A stretch of 64,000 nucleotides of DNA from Eledone cirrhosa (taxonomy: Eukaryota). The notes beneath the pieces were generated by a model. That model was given only the letters and a program-made list of their open reading frames with translations, was not told where the DNA came from and ran no database searches. Where the stretch lies: assembly GCA_964016885.1 (NCBI GenBank), contig OZ024741.1, positions 331,390,001 to 331,454,000 of the forward strand, written 5' to 3'. Every line of letters begins with the position of its first letter. Position 1 is the first letter of the stretch. Positions 51,535 to 64,000 of the stretch are shown here, piece by piece. A program made the position numbers and the translations under genes.

Positions 51535-51955
51535 TACTATGGGCATGTGGTTGGAATATTTCAGAGAAGAATTGTAGGAGTCACTCCAGGTAGAGCCACT
51601 ATTTCTCTGAATTGAGAGATTACAGCTCCGATATTACTATGGGTGGTCAACCAGAGAGTGGTTCTTCCAGCAGGAGTGAGAAGGCCCTCAAGTGGTTAGA
51701 ATGTATCAGGAAAGAATCCCTGGACAGATTTTACAGCAAAACCAACTGGCAGGAGATCCAGGGGTAGACACTCCCTCAAGCAAGATGGTTGGATAACATC
51801 CATAAGCTAAGCTGGTCTCACATGTGGATCCAGGTGGATTAATTTGAAATGTTTGCTTCTGACAGGATTCACTGGAAAGAGTGTTTAAGGGCTCTGCCCC
51901 CATGACACTCTCAGGAATAAGTGAATGAAGAAGAAGAAGAAGAAGAAGAAGAAGG
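51535..51955 (+). pseudogene. RTE 3' fragment (second subfamily) with (GAA)n tail
   Basis: YGHV.., PTGRRSRGR.., RWLDNI.., ASDRIHWKECLRALPP followed by GAAGAAGAA. Confidence 0.65.
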
Positions 51956-52904
51956 AGGGGGGAGGATGAGGAGGAGGACCTACTAATGAAGCTTGATACA
52001 ACTCAATATCTATTTTCCAGTAGTTCCTTCAACTAAAGAATTTCTTAATGTCTTCTAGTACTTTCTTCAAGTTGCTATGTAAGAATCGAAAGTGCCTTGT
52101 TACAGAGATATTGTATGTATAGATCCATAACATGCTGGAGTTGCAAGGGTGCTGTTCTAACATACAGCCTCAATTAGTTGCCAGTTAGAGTATTTTAAAG
52201 TGTAAAATTATTTCCTAGGATAATCATCAATTTGATTTATTTATTTGGAGATATGTTCTAAGATTTTTAGAGAAATGATTTCACATTAGTGGTGAAATCG
52301 AGAGTTTTTCTGCATTTTGCTTATGTCTGTTAACTTAGCAGTTCAACAAAACGCGATCGATAAAATAAGTACCAGATTTGAAAGAAATCAAGTACTGGGG
52401 TCAATACTATCAACTGAATCTCTTCATGGTTGTGCTCCAGCATGGATTGGTTGCCATTTGATGACTGAAACCAATAAAAGAGGTATGTGAGAGTGGGAAG
52501 GAGCTGGTGATGGTGACACTATAAGCACCCCAACCCTGCTGCCACCACTGGAAAAGCTAAAAAAAACAGAGGAACGATATCCTTCTGCCTACTAACTACC
52601 CTTACAGCATAGATTGAAATGTTCCTTCATGAAATGTGTGTGTTGCATGTTGCATTCATAACCACTAACTACTTGTTTGACATTCTCAAATAGTTACTGA
52701 AGTAGCTGTGACATAATCACAGCTTAAAATACCCACAGTTAAGCCTATATACGTTTATTATTCATAAACATATTGTATATGCTTTCAAATATGCCTCTAT
52801 TCTGAATCACATTGTGTTAGTGATACTGCTAATTAATACCAACTCACAAATCCCACACTATATGCAAATGAACTTCTGCCTCCTCAGTACTGAGTAAGTA
52901 AACA

Positions 52905-52940
52905 TCACTGATGATGGATAAAGATCCTGAAATATTAGTA
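52905..52940 (+). ncRNA. Minimal hammerhead-like motif
   Basis: CTGATGA T GGAT aaag ATCC T GAAA TAT TA GT, with a weak stem I. Confidence 0.5.
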
Positions 52941-53291
52941 CATGGTGTTCTCACATGGCTACAGAAGTAGATATGACATGTTCACAACTTAAAATACTCA
53001 CAAGATTTATATGTATTTTTTCTTGCACTTAAATATATTTCATGTTTTTTGTTATACAGGCATCTATTGTGAATCACACTGTGTTAGTGTCACTGTTAAT
53101 TAACTACTCAGTTACTATCTAGTGAAGATGGAAAGATGGCATTTAAAGAAACCAGACAAAATACTTTCAATTGTATTAATTCTTTAGTACTAGCTACTAG
53201 TAGTGTGTGTGTGTGAATGAGTGATTATTTGTGTGAATATATATATATATATAGTGATTATTTGTGTGCGTGTATGTATATATATATATAT

Positions 53292-53522
<231 letters not shown>

Positions 53523-53725
53523 TATATATATATATCAATTAACAAAGTATGTTTATGATACAATTATTTGTTGTTATAGTTTCAGGATATCGATCTTTTT
53601 AATACTAAACAATTTTCTTTTCTACAGAGTTTTTTTTCAAATGTCTTCTATTTAGTTATTTATGTGAAAGAACACACCAACAATCTTCTCAAAGATCTCA
53701 TAATGGCTATTATTATAATCATTGA

Positions 53726-53763
<38 letters not shown>

Positions 53764-53769
53764 CATTAA

Positions 53770-53985
53770 GGGTGGTGGATTGGCAGTATCGGTAGAGCGT
53801 CAGACACCAGGCTTAGCAGCATAGAGTTATGGCCTTTAACATTCTGAGTTCAAATCCAACTGAGGTTAACTTTGCCTTTCATCCTTACGGGGTCAATAAA
53901 ATAAAATACCAGTAATACACTGGGGTCTATTTAATCGACTTTCCCCTTCCCCCAAATTATTGGCCTTGTGCCTAAATGAGAAACC
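53770..53985 (+). mobile_element. tRNA-derived SINE family B, full length, in (ATT)n
   Basis: A box TGGCAGTATCGG, B box GAGTTCAAATCC, central GCCTTTCATCCTTACGGGGTC(G/A)ATAAAATAA block (Nin/Deu-domain-like) and an (ATT)n tail. Confidence 0.88.
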
Positions 53986-54037
53986 ATTATTATTATTATT
54001 ATTATTGTTGTTGTTATTATCATTATTATTATCATCA

Positions 54038-54690
54038 TAAATCCCATAATTCTTCCCTTATTACAGTTATATGCTCGTTCGATTATGGCCAAAATTTTGT
54101 GGATTTTATTTTATAACCTTCTCGCTAACTACCCTGGTTATATGCTCGTCCAATTATGGCCAAAAATTCGTGGATTTTATTCTATAAACTTCTCTCGATT
54201 TTTATTTTTATAAAATAACCTCCTCGCTCGTTTAAATATGGTCGAAATTCTAGTATTTTATAAAATAACCTTCCTGCTCCCTACTATTCTCCCCCCCCCC
54301 CCATACATTGTATACATGCCTGCTGGCTCTCTTTCAATCCCATCCCCTCTCTCTTCAAACATAAAATAAACTGTTGCAGGGTACGAAACTCAGAATTTGT
54401 CGACCCATATTCTTGGCTACATCGCTTGCTCGCTCTTCTGTGAAATGTAATGTACGAATCCTATTTTCTCGTCTCTCCATGCTCCCTGGTCCATTCATCT
54501 ATCTGTATCATATCGTCCAGAATACAACCTTTTCTTTTTCAATGCTATTCGATAATTCTGTCTGATCGTTCAAAATAATCTTCTTGTATTTTAAAATCCC
54601 ATAATTCTTCCCTTATTACAGTTATATGCTTGTTCGATTATGGCCAAAATTTCGTGGATTTTATTTTATAACCTTCTCGCTAACTACCCC
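54038..54690 (+). repeat. About 95-bp direct repeats with internal subrepeats
   Basis: AAATCCCATAATTCTTCCCTTATT...CTCGCTAACTACCC at about 54038-54133 and 54595-54689. Confidence 0.85.
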
Positions 54691-54805
54691 AGATCTCTCC
54701 CCCCACCACCCCTACTCACCACCATTATTATTTGGACCAATCATAAGTCAGCGGCCTATGTTATCACTTCTTAAGTTTAGACCTGGTTACCTTTCGATAT
54801 GATGG

Positions 54806-57225
54806 ATGGACTATGGAATTCTGGGGAGTCTGAAAGAATCTGGACACTCAGTGACAATGCCAAAGATAAAGACAAATTCACCTCATGCTGCTGGACGAGA
54901 ATGCAAGGACTCCTCCTCTTTATTTAGGCCATGGACGGCTAACATAGCCCCATCTCCCTCACCCCTCCATGCGCCCTGTCCTTCCCACCCACCAAACGCA
55001 ATCCAAAACTTCAGAGTTGATACCATGAATGTAGGTACCTTAAAAGGTCGCTCTAACGAGGTTGTAGAGATGCTTGAACGTAAGGAGGTTGATGTTTGCT
55101 GTATTCAAGAGACCAGGTGGAGGGGTGGGTCTGCTAGATTCATTGTGTGTAAAAAACGATGCTATAAGCTTTTCTGGGTGGGAAATGACAATGGGCTGGG
55201 TGGAGTAGGAATCATGCTAGCAGAAAAATGGGTAGATAAGATAATAGACGTAAATAGAGTGAATGACAGAATAATTAAAATAAGACTTGTCCTCAATAGA
55301 ACTACTGTGACAATAATATCTGCGTATGCACCCCAACCCGGACTGCATGGCATTATAAAAGATAGATTCTATGAGTCGTTAATGCTCATTACCTCCCAAA
55401 TAACCGACAGTGACTATATAATTATTGCTGGCGACCTAAATGGTCACGTTGGACAACACTGTGACGACTATGATGGAATCCATGGAGGCTATGGGTTTGG
55501 TACTAGAAATGAGGAAGGTTCCAGAATCCTGGAATTCTGTGACGCAAATAATCTAACTATCTGTAACACAAACTTAAAAAAAAAAGACAATCACCTATAG
55601 ATCAAGGGAACACGCCAGTCAGATAGATTATATCCTTACCAGAAGACGAGACAGAGTGTCTGTTGTAAACACTAAATCCCTCCCCATGAAGAATGCACCT
55701 CCCAACATAACCTCATAGTCAGCGACCTCATAGTCAGGACGAGATGTATTCGACAACAGAGGAGGACTATCCTTAGGAGAAAAATATGGAAGTTAAAGGA
55801 CCCCACAGCCAGTAATAAATTTAAAAGCATATTACTTGATGCTTTTGACAGTAAAGAAGAGCAATTAGAGTCGTACAATATAGAGGAACAGTGGGAATTC
55901 CTGAAAGCTAACCTGCTGAAGGCGACAGATGAAATCTGTGGCTGGAACAGACCTATAGGCAGGAGGAGAGTAACTTGGTGGTGGAACAGTAAGGTGGAGG
56001 AGTCGATCAAGGCCAAAAAGCAGGCTTGGAAAGTATGGTGGGATGGGGGAAGAAGAGAAGACTATCAAGTGGCCAGGAGGGAAGCTAGGAGACAAGTGTA
56101 CTTCGCAAGAAGGGAAGCAGAGGAAAGAAAGTTCAAGCATGTTCTACAACGCGAAGACCAAAAACGTGAGGTGTTCAGGATTGCTAGGCAATGTGTCAAG
56201 GAGCACTGTGATATTGTCGGGTAGAAGTGTGTCCGTAATGATGATGGTGTACTTGCCATCACTGACCCTGATAAGAAGGTAGCTTGGAAGTGTCACTACA
56301 AAAGGCTACTAAATGAGGAGAATAAATGGGAGAAAGACAGTCTCCCTCACATCGATCCAATAGAGGGACCAGCAGTGCAAGTTGAAGGTAGTATAATAAG
56401 TAAGGCAATCAAAGATATGAAGACGGGCAAGGCGGCAGGGCCTTCGGAAATAGTTGCTGAAATGCTGAAAGCATCTGGAACGGTGGGACACACTATGGTC
56501 ACCCAGATAGTAAAGAAAGTTATACAGAATGGAGTCGTACCAAAGGACTGGTGTAGCAGCATCATCATTAACTGCTACAAGGGTTAAGGAGATGCCCTAG
56601 ATTGGGGAAGCTATAGAGGCATTAAATTAATTGACCAGGTCATGAAGGTCATAGAAAAAGTAATAGCGCAACTAATCAGAGAGCGAATTGATCTGGATGA
56701 AATGCAGTTCGGGTTTGTGTCAGGTAAAAGTACCACAGATGCTCTTTTTATTGTACGACAACTACAGGAGAAGTACCTAGCTAAAAGTAAACCCCTCTAC
56801 TTAGCTTTTGTAGACCTGGAGAAAGCCTTTGACAGAGTCCCTCGCTCCATTATCTGGTGGGCTCTTAGAAAACTAGGTGTTGATGAATGGCTTGTGAGAG
56901 CTATACAAGCCATGTATAAAGAAACAGTCAGCAAGGTTAGAATTAACAACGAATATAGTGAAGAGTTTAGCGTAAAAGTTGGTGTTCATCAGGGCTCCGT
57001 CCTTAGCCCCTCCTATTTATTATCACCCTCCAAGCTATAATGGAGGAGTTCAAGACCGGCTGCCCATGGGAACTCCTATATGCAGATGATCTAATGCTTA
57101 TAGCCGAATCAATGGCTGAACTAGAGAAGAAATTCCAAACATGGAAGCATGGCCTAGAATCAAAAGGCCTTAAAGTTAACTTGTCTAAGACTAAAGTTCT
57201 AGTTTGTAGGAAGGAAAATAGGGCA
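54806..57225 (+). pseudogene. RTE LINE ORF (APE endonuclease plus RT), decayed and 3'-truncated
   Basis: NVGTL, CIQETRW, SAYAPQ, GDLNGHVG, QIDYIL, GKAAGPSEI, FVDLEKAFDRVP, GVHQGSVLSP and LYADD. There are in-frame stops at about 56222 and 56585 plus frameshifts, and it ends at VNLSKTKVL. Confidence 0.95.
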
Positions 57226-57339
57226 ATTATTATGAGGTTTATTTTTCGACATAGTCCCTGGAAAGAAACAATGCAGTTATTAATAAGAGTTGAAATTAAT
57301 ACATGCAAGATTTTCAAAGTATGAAGTTAATTGCGTCAC

Positions 57340-57510
57340 AATGAAATATTCTTCACTATCGCTTGCCTTCTGGTGCCCAGTGAAGGACTGTTTTAAGATG
57401 TTATCTTGCCCTCTTCTGAGAACATGTTCTATCCACTTCCATCTCCTTCTGAGACATATTGCTGATATATTCTCCTGCTGGCATCTACCTAGCAATTCCT
57501 CATTGGATAT
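57340..57510 (-). pseudogene. Fragment of another RTE subfamily C-terminus
   Basis: ISAICLRRRWKWIEHVLRRGQDNI. Confidence 0.7.
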
Positions 57511-57756
57511 CTTCCCCTACCCCGCCCCGCCAATATTCTCAGTACATACTGTAAAATGGTTGGTGTTTGGAAGTGCATACAGTCTTAGAAATCATTCCAA
57601 AAAGGATGAAAGACAAAGTTGACCTCCAAGAGTACAGAGAGCTAGAATGAACGTTGCAAAGGATTTTATCTGACATTTTAACAATTCTGCCAATTCAACA
57701 CCTGATGATATACATATGTAAACTTTTAATGTTTCACCTTAGATGGAAGGATGACA

Positions 57757-57796
57757 GAAGAAGAAGAAGAAGAAGAAGAAGAAGAAGAAGAAGAAG

Positions 57797-57826
<30 letters not shown>
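57757..57826. repeat. (GAA)n microsatellite
   Basis: Direct reading. Confidence 0.97.
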
Positions 57827-57827
<1 letters not shown>

Positions 57828-58307
57828 TTAATGGAAACTTTGTATTAAATAAGCCATCACATTATTTACACTTCATAGCTGGGAGTAAAGTAGGGAGTGT
57901 GTTGTCATCTGTTGTTATATATATAAATATATATATATATATTTTTTTGCTTTCTACTCCATTATTTCAGTTTTATGTCTCTCCCTTCAGAACTATTTAG
58001 CTATTCAAATTCTCAACACAGACATTTCTTTATTAATATTCTAGATCCAAGCCATAAAACTAAAACAATGCCAATAAAAACTAAATTATTCCATTATTAA
58101 TTCTGAATATCTCTCTCCGATGATAGGCTCTATGTCAAATGTTATGGACACGATAATGAGTATCAATGTGTTTAGAAATATCAATAATTTGTAATAGAGA
58201 TGATTCGATTTGTTACAATAGAGGTATTACTTAACATCACTAATTTATTGGTCTTCTGACTTGCTTGTTTGTTGGTTAGTTTGTTGGGTGGGTTGTCTGC
58301 AGAGAGA

Positions 58308-58955
58308 ATGTAGTTCTGGTGCCACAATCTATAGTGCTTGTGTCACAATTTATAGTGTTGGTTCCACAATCTGTTGGTGCCTGTACCACAATTTATAGTG
58401 TTGGTGCCACAATCTGTAGTGTTGGGGCCATGATCTGTGATCTGTAGAGCTGGTGCCACAATCTTATAGTGTTGGTGCCACAAACTGTAGTCATGATCTG
58501 TAGTGTTGGTGCCACAATCTCTTGAGCTGGTGCTACTAGTGTTGGTGCCATGATCTGTAGAGTTGGTGTCACGATCTGTAGTGCTTGTGTCACAATCTGT
58601 AGTGTTGGTGCCACAATCTGTAGTGTTGGTGCCACAATTTATAGTGTTGGTGCCACAATCTGTAGTGTTGGTGTCATGATCTGTAGTGTTGCTGTCACAA
58701 TTGGTAGTGTTGGTGCCATGATCTGTATTGCTGGTGTCATGATCTGTAGTGCTGGTGTCACGATCTGTAGTGCTGGTTCCACAATCTGTAGTGTTGGGGC
58801 TTCAATCTGAGGTGCTGGTGTCACAATTTGTAGAGCTGATGCCACCCATCTGTAGTGTTGGTGCCACAATATGTAGTGTTGGTGTCCCAATTTATAGTGT
58901 TGGTATCACAATTTGTTGTGCTGGTACCATGCTCTGTAGTGTTGGTGCCACAATT
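58308..58955. repeat. 21-bp minisatellite
   Basis: Unit TGTAGTGTTGGTGCCACAATC, about 30 copies. Confidence 0.95.
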
Positions 58956-61059
58956 TGGTCCTCTGGTTTGTTTGCTTGTTGGATGGTTGGTTAGTTTGTC
59001 TGCAGAGACACTGTGAAACTTGTTGACTTTTATATGTAACTTGTTCATAGAGACAACAGAAAACTATAATGATTTTCAATGGAGCCACAATCTGTAGTGT
59101 TGAATTGGTGCCACTGTGAACTCCTAACACTTCTTCACCCAACAATCCTCATCCATATTCATCACATATCCATACCAGTGCAGTTTCTCTCTTGCATTAT
59201 AAATTCAATCCTGTGTATACATTTTGGTGATATATATATATCAATGAAACCTCTAAATGTTGTCATCACCATCATCATTATTTTACATCTGCTTTTCCAT
59301 TCTGGCATGGGGTGGATGGGTTCTCAAAGCTTGTGTCATTCTCAGTCAGAATTATTGCTTTCCCAGACAGATGGGGAGCACATAACACTTATATGTTTCA
59401 TTTTTGTTATGGATTCTGTGACTGAAAGCTCTTCTATTGTCATCAATAGTTCAGAGCTTACTGGATGTATTTTATTATAGCACCAAACATCAAGTAGCCC
59501 CCACCCTACCCCCAAAAACCAAGGCTTTCAAATAAGTATTTGTGTAGCATTTGTTTTGTTTGGTGAGACTATATTTTGTATCCATGGCCTTACCATTATT
59601 ATAAATGATATGAAGTAGTGACTAGACCATCAGAAATCTGTAATTCACAACACTATTTCTTACAAACTGTGATATGAAATAATGAAAAAAATACACAAAC
59701 ATGTCTTACGGTAATTTTCCCCATAAAGGCAGGGTTAATCTTGTAGGCCTCACGATATAGGGACCTTTCTGAAGCAAGGTTTTCCAACCAGATGCTCATC
59801 CTATACGAAAACAAGCACATACATGTCTTTTAAGGCCATTTTCCCCTACAAAAGCAGGAGTTAGACTTGTAGGTTTCATGACATGGAGACCTTGTGAGGC
59901 AAGGTTTTGCAGCTGGATGCTCTTCCTGGCACTAATCCTTTTAGTCACCTCTTACAATACACAAGGATATGGTGTACCTATATAAACTGGATATACACAG
60001 TCAGAATATATATTTGCCAAACAAAGGATTGGGAAGACCCTTCAGTCATGTCAAGAACATGACAACCTCCCTAGTGTTTGGTGACCTACATGATAAATGC
60101 ACCTAGTATATGCTGTAAAGTGGTTGGTGATAGGAAGGGAATCTAGCCATAGAAAGCTTACCAGACAAAGGGTTGGAAGGACCCATAGTTGTATCAAAGA
60201 CATGACAACCTTTCTAGTGCACTCAGTAGAATGTGAGACTGTACATAAGCAAGATGACAGATCTCTGACTTGCCTGTCAGATTAGTAGTCTTGCTTCAGT
60301 ACTGACTTGGTCTATGTAGACACATCCAGCCCTTGCTTGCAGGGAAAGTGGATGTTAAAATGACAATGACAATGATGATGATGATGATGATGATGATCCT
60401 ATCTATCAAGTAAATAAATCTTAAAGCAAACATGAATAGAAACCAAATAATTGATAGCGTGTATTGCATCATCAGGCTCAGTCGATTTAGCTGTAAATAG
60501 GTGCCACCACAGAATAGGAAGAAAACTGTCAGTTGTAGCAATGAATTGGATCTACTGTCTTTACAGTATTTACAATATACCCATGAGCCAACATTCAATA
60601 TTTACTGTCAACACACTTCTATACTCTTATCTATATAATTTACATCTACAGTACTGTTTATAAACATAGTTAAACATATGGTATTTATTTCATAAAACAA
60701 TGTTCTCATTTATCTTATATGTTCAGCACACACTAGTTTCAGTACTTGTTGTACACTTCAGAGCATAATTTACTTAGAGCAACATTGCAAAATATTTGTT
60801 GTAAAATAAAACAGCCTGTTTATACCGTTAGCTAGAGTAATCTTATTGAATATATTTGTAAGAATAAACCAGTGTATTATTAAATATCTGTCTAGATGGA
60901 AATGTCTTTGGGGAGTAATAGACAATGAGAAAGAGAGAAAGAGAGAGAAAGAAATCTTTTGTTATAACCCATAAAGTCATTTTCATACCCCATCCCCCCA
61001 AAAAGTAAAAAAAGGAAAAAAAGAAGAAATATTGCTAAGACTTCTTTATAAAAAGAAAG

Positions 61060-61130
<71 letters not shown>

Positions 61131-61143
61131 AATATATATATAA

Positions 61144-61174
<31 letters not shown>

Positions 61175-61191
61175 AATATAAATATATATAA

Positions 61192-61250
<59 letters not shown>

Positions 61251-63717
61251 TATACACATGCACACACACAGACATACACACACATATATAAAATAAAAAC
61301 AAAAATAAATAAACAAATAAATATATAAAACTGATTTTCAAATTTAGAGTGACAATGCAAAACAGCTTGTTAGCAGCCAATGACAGAATATAAGTAATAA
61401 AATGTGTTCAGTTGGGCTGTCTGGTTTTTGTTGTTTTGTTATTCTCCAATATCTGACATAAAGTACACAGGCGAAAGAAAAAAAGACACACACAAACACA
61501 CTTAGATGAAAAAACAAAACAAAAACAAAATGGCTGTCTAAATATCATAGAGAAGAAGGTAGCCATTTTGTGTTGTAAAATTATTAGAATTATGAATACA
61601 CTCAATAACGGAATAAAGAAAAGAGGACAATGGAATATAAAATTAAATCTATTATTGTTAATGTGAAAGAAAAATATAGATGAGATTAGATTTGTTGCCA
61701 CGGTTGAAGATATCATTTCTGGTGTCTATCTTCTCCTTTTAGAGACTAAGAAAAGGTAACATGGGCTCTATATAAGTTTTTTGACTTATTAGCTAGAAAG
61801 AGCAGCCAAGTTCTCTCAAATCATTCTAAACCCTGCCTTAAAGGAAATGACCCATGAGCTCATTAATGTAGCAATCGTATAGTATGGACCTGTAACTCCT
61901 GATGGAGTTATAGGGCCGTTTATGTGACATAGAGTGTTTCTTGGCATTTTAAGTCTGGCAGACCCATCCCCTCTCCACGTCTGAACACAAAAGATTTCTT
62001 CCAGAGAAGGACAGAAAATAAGAGAGAGAGGGAGATTGAGAGAGGGGGGAGGGGGAGATTGAGAGAGAGAGAAAGAGAGGAAGTGAGAAAGAGATATAGA
62101 GAAAGAATCAACCCCAATAGACTGGTACTTTCTTTTATCAACCTCGAAAGGATGAAAGGCAAAGTTCTCTCAAATCATGCCAACCCGTCTTAAAAGAAAT
62201 GACTCATTAGTTCATTAATGTAGTAAAAATAGATAAGATTAGATTTGTTGCCACAGTTGAAGATATCATTCCTGGTGGCTATCTCTCCCTTTTAGAGACT
62301 AAGAAAATGTGACATGGGCTGTATGTAGTTGTGCCATAGAAAATTTGCCAAACAAAGTGGTGAGAGGACTCTTTGTAGTGTTAAATACATGACAACCTTC
62401 CTAGTGTTGGGAACCACAAAATGCATCTAATGCACTCCATATGGTGCACTCTATATGTAAGATGTAAGGGCCTCTCTAGCTCATCTGAGAGTCCTCTTAA
62501 AGGAAAGGATGTATTATTTCATTAATGTGATAAGAAATATCATTAAAACGACAGGCTGGTGAAGACAGGAATGCCTTTGATCATAAGTTTGCTGAATCCG
62601 GGCTCACCTAGGGCTAAACAAGGACAATTAGTTAACTCTTTCATTACCATATTTCTAATGAAAGATGCTGCTAATTATTTACAAATAATTTTGAAAATTA
62701 TCAAAAGGGTGAGAGAGTGAGAGAGAGAAGGAGAGAGAGAGAGAGAGGGAGTGAGCAGGAGAAAGAGAGAGAGAATGTAAGATGATCAGCCCTTGCTGTT
62801 GATAGATACTGTGATCATGAAGGTTGGAGCAAATCTTTGATAGCAGACTTAATTCATTGCTCAGTTTAACACCACTATATATACCGGGAATGTCTTTAGC
62901 TCACCCCACTCTGTTGCAAGCAATCATATTAGGGGCATCTCTTCTCCCCATCAGCCATGGAAACATTGAAAAAACTTCATAAGCTTTTCCCTCCTCCCTT
63001 TGACTAAGCTATGAAAATGATTTAAAAAAAAAAAATACCTGACCATAGATTTACGCCTTGTAAGTTTCTCTCTGAGGCACAAACCCAAGCAAAGTGTATT
63101 TGTGGAAGACTAGCAGTTGCCCATACACACAGGAGGCCCCTCCCCATGCCTCCAATCTTGTCTAGGGAAAAGGCAAATGCTATTACAGCTTAGCACTTAT
63201 GACATCACAACTAATTTTTTCCAGCTGAGTGAACTGGAGTAACATGAAATAAAGTGCCTTGCTCAAGGACACAATGCACTACCTTAGTCTGGGAATGGAA
63301 CTCACAACCTCACGATTCTGAGCCCACCACTCTAACCACTGAGCCATTGGCATGTGAAAACAAAACAATTATTATCTACTAGCAGGTGTATCTGGCCTTG
63401 CCCAGGTCATTTATTAATAGTTAAAGTAAATACAATTATGTGAAATTCACTATATTTTAGATAAATTGCTTTAAAAAAAATCCTGATAATCTTCAGTTTG
63501 TCTAGGAATATTGATTCATTCAGAATTCTTGCATCCAGGCAATTCAAAAGATGGTGCAATGTGAGTTTCATAAAAATATACAAAATACTACACAAATATG
63601 GAACCTAAAATAAAATTTCACTCTTTTACTTCCCAAGAAAACATCTAATTTACATAATTACTCTAAATGAATTATTTTTCTAATCAGTAACTCTTTCCAG
63701 TTATAATTTAAAGTGTT

Positions 63718-64000
63718 CATCATCATCATTGTCATAACCACCACAATCATCATCATCTTCATCATCATCACCTTCATCTTCATCATCATAACCACCACTG
63801 CAATCATCATCATCTTCATCTTCATCATCATAACCACCACCACAATCATCATCATCTTCATCATCATCACCTTCATCTTCATCATCATAACCACCACCAC
63901 AATCATCATCATCTTCATCTTCATCATCATAACCACCACCACAATCATCATCATTTTCATCATAACCACCACCACAATCATCATCATCTTCATCTTCATC
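63718..64000. repeat. CAT/CAC compound repeat with higher-order unit
   Basis: Recurrent CATCATAACCACCACCACAATCATCATCATCTT that runs off the window end. Confidence 0.92.

Noticed and set aside
54700-54950. Possible HDV-like ribozyme at the RTE 5' end
   Set aside because: I could not build the nested double pseudoknot by eye. A descriptor search would be needed.

Overview
AT-rich eukaryotic intergenic or intronic DNA. The microsatellite load and SINE/RTE repertoire suggest an octopus/cephalopod, which is an inference. I can support no intact host gene, and most ORF-track entries are microsatellite translations. The window is a retroelement mosaic: a young Tx1/L1-type 3' fragment in a (TATC)n tract with a 20-bp TSD; RTE LINE pieces (a decayed APE+RT copy at 54.8-57.2 kb and a clean 3' end with a PHD-like finger at 37 kb); decayed RLE-type LINE ends; two tRNA-derived SINE families; several MITEs; and minisatellites. 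The main signal is a dense set (roughly 15, some degenerate) of minimal type I hammerhead ribozyme (HHR) motifs, CTGANGA...GAAA-palindrome-TH. They lie next to Penelope-like element (PLE) GIY-YIG fragments, mostly inside fold-back palindromes, and several palindromes turn around within the ribozyme itself. One divergent HHR pair encloses an array of TGCGCATGCGCA (NRF1-type) motifs. Everything was read by eye, so element boundaries are approximate.
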